Below are positions 9,057 through 18,034 of a stretch of 64,000 nucleotides of DNA, one piece after another (position 1 is the first letter of the stretch; each line of letters opens with the position of its first letter). Made by a program: the position numbers and the translations under genes. Below the pieces are notes generated by a model. It worked only from the letters and a program-made list of their open reading frames with translations. It did not search any database and was not told where the DNA came from. The stretch is from NCBI GenBank assembly GCA_964436465.1, contig CAYTCV010000006.1:523-64522 (forward strand), given 5' to 3'. This DNA comes from an uncultured bacterium (GTDB lineage Bacteria > RBG-13-66-14).

Positions 9057-10193
9057 CTAGTAATGGGCGAGAATCGTCTCCACGGTCCGCACGGCGTTCA
9101 CGGCGTCGGTGCCGGTGATGAAGTCCAGCGGCCGGAAGAAGCCGTCGGGGTCGCCGGCCAGAATCCCCCGGCTGGTGCAGGCGACGATGGCGCCATAGGC
9201 GAAGTTGTCCGCCCGGACGTCCTTGAAGATGCTCTCGGCGGAGATGGCCCGGGTCATGAGGTCGGGGTCGCCCGTGGTCAGGGACAACACCTTGGCGGCC
9301 AGCATGGCGAACTCGGAGCGGTTCAGCTTGGCGTCGGGCAGGAAGCTGCCGTCGGGGTAGGGCTCCATGAGGCCGGTCTCGATGCAGAGGTTGATTTCGT
9401 TCAGGGCCCAGTTCTCGGCGATGTCGGTGGCGTAGTAGGCGGTGGCGCCCGTATCGGGCTCACCGGGGCCGACGAAGGTCGGTCCGCCGTAGCTCGTCAC
9501 CGACCGGCGCTCCAGACGCGACAGGTCGAGCTCGCGCGCGAAGAGGGCCGCCGCGTCGGCGCGGCTGATGCGGTAGTTGAACGCGATGGCCCGGTAGTTC
9601 TGGTCGTCAACGCCCTGCATGAGCCGCCGGGCCAGGGCCAGGCGGTCCCAGGCGTCCTGAACCTCGGGATTCGTCGGGTCGAGCTCGTTGGCGCGCTTGA
9701 GGGCGTAATCGGCCTCATCCCAGTCGCCGACGCATCCGGCGGCGATACCCCACCAGAGCGCGCCCTCGATGTTCTCCTTGTCCTCCTGAGCCGCGGCCTT
9801 GGCCAGCAGGCGCGCGTTGCGGGCGTCGCCCTGCTCTATCATGACGCGGGCCTTGCCGATTTTGCCGTAGATGTCGTCCACGTCGTAGCCCATCGCCTTC
9901 TCGAACATGTCCACCGCATCATTCAGGAGATTCTTGCGGGTCTCGCCGGTGGCGTCCTCGCTCTGGCGCAGGTAGACGTAGCCGATGCCGGAGTAGGCGG
10001 CGGCGCAGCGGTGGTCGAGGTCTATGGCCTTCTCGAAGGCGGCGAGGGCGGCGTCGTACTGGCGGTTCTCCAGGTACTTGTGACCGGCCGCCACGTGGGT
10101 TTCCGGCGTGTCCATAGCGGTTTCGCCCTTTTTGCAACCCGCCGCGAACATGACCAGGGCGATGATGGCAAACCCTATAATAAGCTTTTTCAT
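9057..10193 (-). CDS. TPR-repeat lipoprotein with two C-terminal SLH domains
   Basis: Start MKKLIIGFAIIALVMFAAGC (lipobox). TPR-like repeats follow (AAYSGIGYVYLRQ..., ALWWGIAAGCVGDWDEADYALKRANELDP). Two SLH-like segments end the protein (DGSFLPDAKLNRSEFAMLAAKVL and NFAYGAIVACTSRGILAGDPDGFFRPLDFITGTDAV). Confidence 0.65.
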   Translation of the reverse strand: MKKLIIGFAIIALVMFAAGCKKGETAMDTPETHVAAGHKYLENRQYDAALAAFEKAIDLDHRCAAAYSGIGYVYLRQSEDATGETRKNLLNDAVDMFEKAMGYDVDDIYGKIGKARVMIEQGDARNARLLAKAAAQEDKENIEGALWWGIAAGCVGDWDEADYALKRANELDPTNPEVQDAWDRLALARRLMQGVDDQNYRAIAFNYRISRADAAALFARELDLSRLERRSVTSYGGPTFVGPGEPDTGATAYYATDIAENWALNEINLCIETGLMEPYPDGSFLPDAKLNRSEFAMLAAKVLSLTTGDPDLMTRAISAESIFKDVRADNFAYGAIVACTSRGILAGDPDGFFRPLDFITGTDAVNAVRTVETILAHY

Positions 10194-10219
10194 CGTAATC
10201 CCTTCGTCTGAAAAGTTGC

Positions 10220-11032
10220 CTAAAGGACGATGGTCACCCGGCAGTCGGAGATACCGTTCACGTAGGGTATCTTCGAGCCGTCGGGATTGCTGACCACCAG
10301 GTCGCACTTAGCGGCGCCGGTGACGCTGACCGCCCGGATGACTATGGGGTTGGTGCCGACGCGGTCACCGCCCCGGGCCTCGTCCACGCTGCGCGCGTAG
10401 CCGACTATGCCCACGGACACGGCGTAATCGCGGCTCACGTTCATCGGGCCGTAGAGCACGTCGCCGGACTGGTTGACGATTTTCGGGCTCATGGCGGGCA
10501 TGGCGCCCAGGCCCGAGGCGTCGATGATGAGGCCCGTGTTCTCGCCGCCGCCGGGATGGACCGTGGTGTTGTAGGGGTCCGTCAGAACTGCGTCGGCCAG
10601 TTGGCCGTCCAGGCTGATGGCGAAGGTGCGCTCGATGGAGCCGTCGCTCATGTAGCGGGGGCTGCCCACCTCGTACGCACCCTGAACGACGCCGGAAACG
10701 CGGGCGATGATGGTGTCGTCCACCGTCTCGAAGTTCTGGATGGTGGTGGTGGAGTTGATTTGGACGCCCTTGACCTGCTCGAGGAGGTCACGCAGGGCGA
10801 CGATTTTGGCGGCTCGCATGGCGTTGGCGCGTTCCCGGGCCGCGTTGACCGGGTTGTCGGAGACGACGCCGATGCCGGTGGCCGAGATGGTCCGCTCGCC
10901 CCAGTTCGTGATGCCTACTCCGCCCCTGTCCTGGGGGGTCTGCGGCTCGTAGGTCGTGCGCTGGACACCGGCCCAGTCCTGGGCCAGGACCAGGACCGGG
11001 AGGAGCACCAAAAGCGTTAAAAGTTTCTTCAT
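10220..11032 (-). CDS. LPP20/FlgP-family lipoprotein-like secreted protein
   Basis: Signal peptide MKKLLTLLVLLPVLVLAQDWAG, then ISATGIGVVSDNPVNAARERANAMRAAKIVALRDLLEQVKGVQINSTTTIQNFETVDD (LPP20 pattern). It is the first gene of the operon; a promoter region lies at 11033-11216. Confidence 0.55.
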   Translation of the reverse strand: MKKLLTLLVLLPVLVLAQDWAGVQRTTYEPQTPQDRGGVGITNWGERTISATGIGVVSDNPVNAARERANAMRAAKIVALRDLLEQVKGVQINSTTTIQNFETVDDTIIARVSGVVQGAYEVGSPRYMSDGSIERTFAISLDGQLADAVLTDPYNTTVHPGGGENTGLIIDASGLGAMPAMSPKIVNQSGDVLYGPMNVSRDYAVSVGIVGYARSVDEARGGDRVGTNPIVIRAVSVTGAAKCDLVVSNPDGSKIPYVNGISDCRVTIVL

Positions 11033-11216
11033 CTCTACCCTCCTGGGTGGCTTCCGCCCGACGCCCGCGGGGTCGGGACTTGTATTATCGAAAAAAAGTG
11101 GCAGAACGTTGCCTTGCGCTCAAATTGGATAAGTATAGCAGGAACCGGTGTCTATTACAATACGGATTTGAAATCGCTTTACAAGGCGCCGGGGCTGTGC
11201 TATAAGTGATTCTCAG

Positions 11217-11291
11217 GCGGGGTTAATTCAGTGGTAGAATGTCAGCTTCCCAAGCTGAACGTCGCCGGTTCGAGCCCGGTACCCCGCTCCA
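11217..11291 (+). tRNA. tRNA-Gly (anticodon CCC)
   Basis: GCGGGGTTAATTCAGTGGTAGAATGTCAGCTTCCCAAGCTGAACGTCGCCGGTTCGAGCCCGGTACCCCGCTCCA. It has a 7-bp acceptor stem, D-arm ATTC/GAAT, anticodon loop TTCCCAA and T-loop TTCGAGC, and carries an encoded CCA. Confidence 0.9.
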
Positions 11292-11338
11292 GCCCGCCGT
11301 TGCGCAGTCTCGGCGGCTTTTTGCTGACCGGGAGGGGA

Positions 11339-12337
11339 TTGGGTAAATACCTCTACGAGGAGGGAAAGGTTCCCTTCGACCGGCCCAAGACCAACCGCGG
11401 GCTCGGCCTGCCGCGCTGGTTCTGCGTCCTCGATTACTTCTTCCTCCTCCGCCCCATGATTCTCATCCCGGTGTGGCTGTTTCTGCTCCTGGGCCATTAC
11501 CACGCCCTCGACCTCATCGGCGCCTACCGCTGGCTCGACCAGCTCTATCCCGCTCCCGACCTCGCCGTCGCCTTCGTCGCCTTCACGCTCCTCGTCGGCG
11601 GCATCTACGTCAACAACCAGCTCCACGACTACGAGACCGACCGGCGCAACCGCAAGCTCTACCTGATATGCGACGGCTACATCTCCCTGAAGCGGGCCTG
11701 GGTGTATCAGGGGGTCGTCCAGGGGCTGGCCCTGGCTAGCTGCCTGTGGTTCTGGAATGCGGGCTACCTGTGGGTCATCCTGGCCAGCATCCTGTTGGGC
11801 TTCCTGTACAACACGCCGCCCTTCAAGCTCAAGGGACGGCCGGTGCTGGACATCCTGGCCAACGGCCTCGGAAACGGGTTCCTGAACGTGGCGGTGGGCT
11901 TCGTTATCGTCCTGCCCCTCACCTGGGGGTTTTCTGAAATCTGCCTGCCCTACATCCTCGCGGTGGGGGCCGTTTTCGCCAATACCACGGCGGTGGACAC
12001 CGAGGGCGACGCCGAGGCCGGCGAACGGACGTCATCCGTGGTCTTCGGTGTGCGGGCTGTGGCCTGGGTCGCCCTGGGCCTGATGGCGGGCTGCGTGGCA
12101 CTGGCCGCCGTGTGGGGCGTATGGCCGGCGCTCATCGCGGGGGGGGTCAGCCTGCCGTTCTTCATCCCGGCGCTCACCGGAAAGCGCAGGTGGCTGAAGC
12201 TGTCCTACACCGCCGCGACGGGCATCTTCGCTCTGGCGGCCGCGGCGCTCTTCCCCTGGTTCCTCCCCTTCCTCATCCTGGTAGTGGCCCTCACCCGGTA
12301 CTACTACCGACGCAAGTTCGGCCTGAAGTACCCCTGA
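11339..12337 (+). CDS. UbiA-family prenyltransferase (start uncertain: TTG 11339 or downstream ATG)
   Basis: Multi-TM protein with NQLHDYETDRRNRKL... and YNTPPFKLKGRPVLDILANGLGNGFL, the UbiA Asp-rich/prenyl-binding architecture. The ORF-table start 11231 overlaps the tRNA and is rejected. Confidence 0.7.
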   Translation: MGKYLYEEGKVPFDRPKTNRGLGLPRWFCVLDYFFLLRPMILIPVWLFLLLGHYHALDLIGAYRWLDQLYPAPDLAVAFVAFTLLVGGIYVNNQLHDYETDRRNRKLYLICDGYISLKRAWVYQGVVQGLALASCLWFWNAGYLWVILASILLGFLYNTPPFKLKGRPVLDILANGLGNGFLNVAVGFVIVLPLTWGFSEICLPYILAVGAVFANTTAVDTEGDAEAGERTSSVVFGVRAVAWVALGLMAGCVALAAVWGVWPALIAGGVSLPFFIPALTGKRRWLKLSYTAATGIFALAAAALFPWFLPFLILVVALTRYYYRRKFGLKYP

Positions 12338-12360
12338 CGGTCGGGATACCGTCGACCAAT

Positions 12361-12398
12361 AAAAAAAGGACGCCCGAAGGCGTCCCGTATTTTTTTAT
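12361..12398. terminator. Bidirectional rho-independent terminator
   Basis: AAAAAAAGGACGCCCGAAGGCGTCCCGTATTTTTTT lies between the convergent UbiA and HEAT-lipoprotein genes. Confidence 0.55.
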
Positions 12399-12408
12399 CC
12401 GCTCATCA

Positions 12409-13893
12409 TCAATCCAGTCGCAACAGCGCCTCGCGGGCCGACTGGGCCACGTTCTCATCCGCGTCCGCGGCCAGCTTGTCCAGGTAGGGCTTGGCCTCGG
12501 GAACGGCCATCTCGCCCAGGGCGATGGCCACGGCCTGGCGCACCTCGGGGCGCTCGTCGGCGGCCAGGGCCGCCACCTTCTCGAAGGCCACGGCGGGCAT
12601 ATTTCCCAGGGCCACGGCGGCGTTCTCCCGCAGGATTTTAACCTCTTGGGTCAGATTCTCCAGAAGCTTGGGCAGGGCCGCCGCCTGCAGGTCCCGGTTC
12701 TGGGTGTAGCCGAAGAACCAGATGGCGAAGGCGCGGAGCTTGGGGTCGGGGTCCGAGAGCCTGGCCAGCAGGAGCTTTGTCGCCGGAGCGCCGTTGGCTT
12801 CGAGCATGTCCGCCGCGGTCTCGCGCAGGTCGGGGTACTTCAGCGCGTCGAAGAGCGCGGTGATGGCCTTGGCGGTGCCGATATGACCCAGAGATTGCAG
12901 GGCCACCTTCTTGACGTCCGGCCCCGCGTACTCCGAGGTGTCGGCCAGGATGTCCACCAGGGCCGAGGTGGCCTCGGTGAGGCCCAGATAGCCCAGGTAG
13001 TGGGTGCACATCACCTGCAAGGCCTTGTCCTCGCTCTCGCGCTTGGTTATAAGGGCGTTGATGGCATTCATCTTGAGCTGTCCGAACACGCGCTGGGTGA
13101 CCTCCAGCGCCGCGTTGGAGGCGGTGTCGGCCTGGAGGGCTTCCAGGTACGTGGGGGGCGGCTTCTGGAGCGACTGGAGGCTCATGGTGATGTACTTGCG
13201 CGGGATGGAGTTCTCGTTGCCGATGCGGTTCAGGAAGCGCCCCACGCTGTCGATTTTCGTGTCGACGAAATCCTCGGCCGGGTTGGGCGTGAAACCTTGG
13301 ATGGCGGCGGTAACCTCGTTATAGAGGGGCATCTTCGGGTTGGCGAAGGCCAGCATGGCCTTATAGAAGCTCTCCCGCTCGTACTCGGCCAGGGCGGCGT
13401 TCAGCGGGCCGACGGACGGCTCGCCGATGGCGACCAGGGCGCGGCTCGCCGCGGTGCGCCGGTCCTCGGCCGTGTTGTAGAGGTCCGTGTCGTCCAGTTC
13501 CTCGGGGACAAAGCCGAGGGCGCGAATCAGCGGCTGCACCGCCTGCTCACCGAACTGGACCAGGCTGCGTCCCGCCTGGCGGCGCACCTCGGGGTCCGGG
13601 TCGTCGAGGACCTGGACCAGGATGTCGATGGAGTCGGGATTTTGGAAGAAGCCGAGTCCGCCCGCTGCCCTGGCCCGGATTTGCGGGTCATCGCTCGTAT
13701 CCTCCAGGACGCCGTGCAGATGGGCGACGGCCTCCGGGTCGCCGGTGGCGATGAGGTCTTCCACCGCCGCCAGGCGCATTTCCGGGTCGTTGCCCTTGTC
13801 CTCAAGGTCGGCCACCGCGCCGGACAGGCTGGGTCCACCGCAGCCCGTGAGCAGAAAAACGAGGGACAGCGCCAGAACCAGACACCGCGCCAT
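12409..13893 (-). CDS. HEAT/PBS-lyase-repeat lipoprotein
   Basis: Internal start MARCLVLALSLVFLLTGC (lipobox). HEAT-like repeats follow (DPEMRLAAVEDL, DPQIRARAAGGLG, DPEVRRQAGRSL, DPKLRAFAIWFFG, RPEVRQAVAIALG). Confidence 0.7.
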   Translation of the reverse strand: MARCLVLALSLVFLLTGCGGPSLSGAVADLEDKGNDPEMRLAAVEDLIATGDPEAVAHLHGVLEDTSDDPQIRARAAGGLGFFQNPDSIDILVQVLDDPDPEVRRQAGRSLVQFGEQAVQPLIRALGFVPEELDDTDLYNTAEDRRTAASRALVAIGEPSVGPLNAALAEYERESFYKAMLAFANPKMPLYNEVTAAIQGFTPNPAEDFVDTKIDSVGRFLNRIGNENSIPRKYITMSLQSLQKPPPTYLEALQADTASNAALEVTQRVFGQLKMNAINALITKRESEDKALQVMCTHYLGYLGLTEATSALVDILADTSEYAGPDVKKVALQSLGHIGTAKAITALFDALKYPDLRETAADMLEANGAPATKLLLARLSDPDPKLRAFAIWFFGYTQNRDLQAAALPKLLENLTQEVKILRENAAVALGNMPAVAFEKVAALAADERPEVRQAVAIALGEMAVPEAKPYLDKLAADADENVAQSAREALLRLD

Positions 13894-14021
13894 GGATGCT
13901 CCTTGTAGGAAGGTGACAGTGGACCGGATAAAGCTATCACAATGCGGAACCGTTGTAAAGCCTGGCCGCCCCCGGACCGATTCCCGGAACTTCCGCCTGT
14001 ATTCGGGTATAATTCCCCCGG

Positions 14022-14684
14022 ATGAGAAAAACGGTCCTCTATATTCTGCTGTTCCTCGCAATCGTCGCGGTCCGGGCGGCCGAGCCCCCGGCGGTCTTCA
14101 CCATCGCCCGGCTGCACTACGGCGGCGGCGGGGACTGGTACTCCGACCCCAGCTCCCTGCCCAACCTGTTGAAGTACCTCCACGATTCGACGGGGCTGGA
14201 GGTCACCTCCGACGACGTCGTGGTGGAACCCTCGGCCCCCGAGCTCTTCGACTACCCCTACCTCTACCTCACCGGTCACGGCAACGTCAGCTTCACCCCC
14301 CTGGAGTTGGAGCAGCTCCGGAGCTATCTGGACGGGGGCGGTTTCCTCCACATTGACGACAACTACGGCCTGGACCCCTACATCCGCCGCGAAATCGCGC
14401 GGCTCTATCCCGACGAGGAACTCGTCCTGCTCCCCTTCGACCACCCCATCTACCACTGCTTTTTCGACTTCCCCCAGGGGCTGCCCAAGGTCCACGAGCA
14501 CGACGGCGAGCCGCCCCAGGGCTACGGCATCTTCCGGAACGGCCGGCTCGTCCTGTTCTACACCCATGAATGCGACCTGGGCGACGGCTGGGAGGACCCC
14601 GAGGTGCACAAGGACCCGCCGGAAATCCGCGAGGCGGCCCTCAAGATGGGCGTCAACATCATCATCTACGCCCTGACCCACTGA
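14022..14684 (+). CDS. Secreted protein, possible DUF4159-like
   Basis: Signal peptide MRKTVLYILLFLAIVAVRA; contains the motif RLHYGGGGDWYSDPSSLPNLL. The family assignment is from memory only. Confidence 0.45.
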   Translation: MRKTVLYILLFLAIVAVRAAEPPAVFTIARLHYGGGGDWYSDPSSLPNLLKYLHDSTGLEVTSDDVVVEPSAPELFDYPYLYLTGHGNVSFTPLELEQLRSYLDGGGFLHIDDNYGLDPYIRREIARLYPDEELVLLPFDHPIYHCFFDFPQGLPKVHEHDGEPPQGYGIFRNGRLVLFYTHECDLGDGWEDPEVHKDPPEIREAALKMGVNIIIYALTH

Positions 14685-14700
14685 GCTTGAAGGATGCGTC

Positions 14701-15414
14701 ATGCCCAAAGCGAAGACGGACGAAGTCTGCCCCATCTGCGGTAGAAGGCTTCCCCGCGCCGAACTGGTGTCGGGGGAGGCGGTGCGGCCCAGCCTGGTGG
14801 AGCTCATTAAAAAGGACCATCCCGACTGGGACCCGTCCCAGACCATCTGCAGCGACGACCTCAACCGCTACCGGGCGCTCTACGTGGAACGCCTGATTGC
14901 CAGCGACCTCGGCGAGCTCACCGAGTTGGAGGCCAACGTCGTGCGCAGTCTGACCTACCAGGAGCTGTTGAGCAAGGACGTCAACGAGGAGTTCGAGGGC
15001 AAGCTGACATTCGGCCAGCGGACGGCGGACAAATTAGCCTCCTTCGGCGGGAGTTGGCGCGTCATCATCATCTTCTTCACGCTTCTCCTGGGGTGGATTG
15101 GTCTGAACGCCTTTCTGCTCCTCTCGCGCCCCTTCGACCCCTACCCCTTCATCCTGTTGAACCTGGTGCTCTCCTGCCTGGCGGCCATCCAGGCGCCCAT
15201 AATCATGATGAGCCAGAACCGCCAGGCCGCCAAGGACCGCCTGCACTCCCAGCGCGACTACGAGGTCAATCTCAAGAGCGAAATCGAGATTCGCTCCCTG
15301 GGCGAGCGACTGGACCACATCATCCACCACCAGTGGCAGCGCCTGCTGGAAATCCAGGAGGTCCAGACGGACCTGATGGAGGAACTGGTCAAGCTGAAGG
15401 GGCAGAAAAAATAA
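14701..15414 (+). CDS. DUF1003-like membrane protein with N-terminal CxxC..C zinc-ribbon-like segment
   Basis: N-terminal motif VCPICGRR. Core segment ADKLASFGGSWRVIIIFFTLLLGWIGLNA...PFDPYPFILLNLVLSCLAAIQAPIIMMSQNRQAAKDR matches my recollection of DUF1003. Confidence 0.5.
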   Translation: MPKAKTDEVCPICGRRLPRAELVSGEAVRPSLVELIKKDHPDWDPSQTICSDDLNRYRALYVERLIASDLGELTELEANVVRSLTYQELLSKDVNEEFEGKLTFGQRTADKLASFGGSWRVIIIFFTLLLGWIGLNAFLLLSRPFDPYPFILLNLVLSCLAAIQAPIIMMSQNRQAAKDRLHSQRDYEVNLKSEIEIRSLGERLDHIIHHQWQRLLEIQEVQTDLMEELVKLKGQKK

Positions 15415-15558
15415 CGGCCCGGTGAACGGTGCGCCATCCTATCTTTATCACGCTTTAGTTACGCGCCGTGTTCGATTAGTCACAACAACATCCCTCGTTA
15501 AAAAAGGCGTTCCCCGATGCCTGAGGAACGCCGACGGGATTGAGGTAAAGCCGCTTCC

Positions 15559-16032
15559 TTACGGAAATACAATTGGGACGAGCCTGGGATTACCGGACGA
15601 GAAATCGAAGTAATACACGCCCGGTTTCAAGTTTATATCCGGTGCTTCAGGTCCTTCGATGCCCAGGCTGCCCATGGTAAGCAGAGTTGAGATACCGCTT
15701 ACAGCGCTCCCCAGCGTTCCGATGATTTCACCGGTGGTATCCGTACCGGACTCCGTCAACCCAACGAATTGCCACCCCTGGGTCAGCGTCAATTGACGCT
15801 CGAAGGTACCGGCGTTCGTCGTCTGGATGATATACCCTTTCGTCATGTCTGGTATGTATTCGATGCGGCAGCTCAAGTCCACACCAACGATAAGGACCGG
15901 CATCGGCAGGTAGTACGGAATCCCCTCTTTATCTTTTAGGCCCACCTCGCTCGCGGGGTAGACTTCGAGCCTGGCGCAGCTTGTCAGTAAAACCGTCAGC
16001 ACCAGAGCGGACAGGAATGTCATTCTAGCCAT
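15559..16032 (-). CDS. Small lipoprotein, hypothetical (in low-GC islet)
   Basis: MARMTFLSALVLTVLLTSC lipobox. The local GC content (about 50%) is clearly below that of the flanks. Confidence 0.5.
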   Translation of the reverse strand: MARMTFLSALVLTVLLTSCARLEVYPASEVGLKDKEGIPYYLPMPVLIVGVDLSCRIEYIPDMTKGYIIQTTNAGTFERQLTLTQGWQFVGLTESGTDTTGEIIGTLGSAVSGISTLLTMGSLGIEGPEAPDINLKPGVYYFDFSSGNPRLVPIVFP

Positions 16033-16102
16033 TTTTTACTCCTTGGCGTGAGGTTGGTCGCGGATTATAGTATTTACTGACGGTCTGACATGGATTGTCA
16101 GT

Positions 16103-16207
16103 ATGGTTGGTAAAGGTGAGGCTGTTTTGGACAGCGTGCTTGACCGCGCCCTGGAGCTCGAATACCGGCCGGTGGCGCTGTCCCTCTCCGACGAGACGCC
16201 ACTTTGA
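16103..16207 (+). pseudogene. Duplicated 5' fragment of the DUF169 gene (34 codons, then stop)
   Basis: MVGKGEAVLDSVLDRALELEYRPVALSLSDETPL* aligns with MESCLARALGLEYQPVALFRSDEAPRG of the 18035 gene. Nucleotide identity is about 80% over roughly 90 nt, including the upstream AGGTGA. Confidence 0.5.
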
Positions 16208-16341
16208 GCGGGCGGCTCAACGGATGACGCCCCGGAAGAGCGGCTTCTGTTCCGTCTGGCGGTCGGCTGTTTGAGCGGATGAAGACGATACCGTCTATGC
16301 CCTACGACCAGGCGTAGTATGACAATCGGGGGAGTCCGACC

Positions 16342-17973
16342 GTGAATCAACCGCACGGCAAGCTTTTCTGGCTGCTCATCATCCTGGAAGCGGTCATTTT
16401 TCTCGCCGTCCTCTGGGATACCGCCGGCTACAGCCCGGACGACGCGTACATTTACCAGAGCGGGGCTCGGCAACTGGCGCGGGGGGAGTTGCCCAGCATG
16501 ACTCCCGGGGAAACGCCCACTAATTCCTGGGGCTCCTTCCTCTGGTTGGCGGCCATCTCCCCGGCGTACCTCATTGGAATCAACGGACTTCTCTGGGCCA
16601 AGCTCCTGGGGCTGCTCTGCCTGGTAGGCGTCTTCTTCCAGGTGGGCGGGTTGCTGGGGTTGCTGCGCCCCGGTCTGGACCGTCGGCTGCGGTGGGCCCT
16701 GGCCGGAACGGTTTTCGCCTTCGCCGGTCTGGTGTACGGGTCGGTCAACGGTCTGGAGACCGGCTTCAATATCTTTACCCTTCTATTGGCCGTGCGTCTG
16801 TTCGTACGGGACCACCGGACGGGCCGTCCGACTGTCGTTCAGGGACTGGCCTGGGGACTGCACCTCCTGTCGCGACCCGACGCGTTCATAGATATCGCAC
16901 TGGCGGGCGGTGTCCTGCTCTGGCTGGCGCTCGACAGACGTCACCTCGAAAAGCTCCGGGACCTGCTCCGCCCGTTGTTGGGGCTGCTGCCGGGCCTGCT
17001 CCTCTTCGGCGCCGTGGCGGCGTTGTACGGCACGGTTCTTCCTTCCAGCGCCATCGCGAAAATCCATTTCGGACGGATTCTCGACAATCTGGTCGGCAAC
17101 ATCGGCCAGGCCGTCCAGGACTTGACGTTCACCCCCGGTATCCCCTTGCTGCTCCTCGGCTTGCTGGCGGTCATTTTCTCCGGGAAAAAGAAGGATACGA
17201 GAGTCGATGACCTTCCCCTGGCGATTCTGAGCCTGGCGGTTCTGGCGGTGCATCTGGGAACATCCGTGCTCCTCGGCGACTGGATGATGGTGCACCGCTT
17301 GTGGCTCGGCGGAGCCGTGTTGGCCCTCTGCGTCTCGCTGCTGTGGCTGGTTGACCGGCTGTCGCAATCCCACGCCCTGCTGATAGCCTCGAGCCTCGGC
17401 GTTCTGGCGTTTGGAGCCGGTCTTCTCGGCTGGCGTCCGCACATTATTTTTAACTTCTTCCACGCCGGAGGCCCCGCGCAGGTGATGGGGGAATACATCC
17501 ACGAGCACGCCCGGCCCGATTCCTGGATGATAACCACGGACATGGGGGTTCTGCCGTTCTTCGCCGATATACCCGCCATAGACGCCGAAAAGAATCCCAT
17601 CTGCAACCGCTACCTGCAGCATCATCCCGCCGACCTCGACTACATCTTCGGTCACCCGCTGGACTTCATCGTGCTCACTTCCTCCTTTCTCACGCCGCCC
17701 CTTCACCATTATTTTTCGTTGAACGTCCTGAACGATATTTTCCGGGAGCCGCGTTTTCGTGAGCACTACCGCTACATCCTCACGGCGGAATGGCGCCCGG
17801 CCATCGCCCTGGATTACTGGATGGGCAGAAACGGTCGCTTCTTCCATCTGTTCGTATCGGACCGCATCGTCGACGCCGTCCAACCGGAAAAGCACATCCT
17901 GCTCAGGAGCGTTTCGCCGGTAGACCCGGAGGAATGGGGCGTCGCGCCGGGTTTGGGAAGCTGGGTCGAGTAG
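16342..17973 (+). CDS. Polytopic membrane protein, possibly GT-C-type glycosyltransferase (PMT/ArnT-like)
   Basis: 543 aa with more than 10 predicted TM helices (YIYQSGARQLARGE near the N-terminus). It resembles the N-terminal regions of the two GT39-like paralogs further along the window. Function is low-confidence. Confidence 0.55.
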   Translation: MNQPHGKLFWLLIILEAVIFLAVLWDTAGYSPDDAYIYQSGARQLARGELPSMTPGETPTNSWGSFLWLAAISPAYLIGINGLLWAKLLGLLCLVGVFFQVGGLLGLLRPGLDRRLRWALAGTVFAFAGLVYGSVNGLETGFNIFTLLLAVRLFVRDHRTGRPTVVQGLAWGLHLLSRPDAFIDIALAGGVLLWLALDRRHLEKLRDLLRPLLGLLPGLLLFGAVAALYGTVLPSSAIAKIHFGRILDNLVGNIGQAVQDLTFTPGIPLLLLGLLAVIFSGKKKDTRVDDLPLAILSLAVLAVHLGTSVLLGDWMMVHRLWLGGAVLALCVSLLWLVDRLSQSHALLIASSLGVLAFGAGLLGWRPHIIFNFFHAGGPAQVMGEYIHEHARPDSWMITTDMGVLPFFADIPAIDAEKNPICNRYLQHHPADLDYIFGHPLDFIVLTSSFLTPPLHHYFSLNVLNDIFREPRFREHYRYILTAEWRPAIALDYWMGRNGRFFHLFVSDRIVDAVQPEKHILLRSVSPVDPEEWGVAPGLGSWVE

Positions 17974-18034
17974 ATTCCGGACAGTGACGACCGAAACTCC
18001 GCTCTCTGCACCCTATCACGCGAAGAGGTGAATT

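Noticed and set aside
11231-11338. 5' extension of the UbiA ORF back to 11231.
   Set aside because: It overlaps the tRNA-Gly gene (11217-11291), so the start was moved to TTG 11339 or later.
12112-13908. A 598-aa + strand ORF.
   Set aside because: It is antisense to the HEAT-repeat lipoprotein gene. The same applies to other long Gly/Arg/Asp-rich ORFs listed opposite real genes (7833-9035, 9063-10211, 20901-22511, 44949-46385, 48075-49193, 53046-54638, 27958-28764, 29469-31364, 31741-33075, 38579-40066, 25762-26988).
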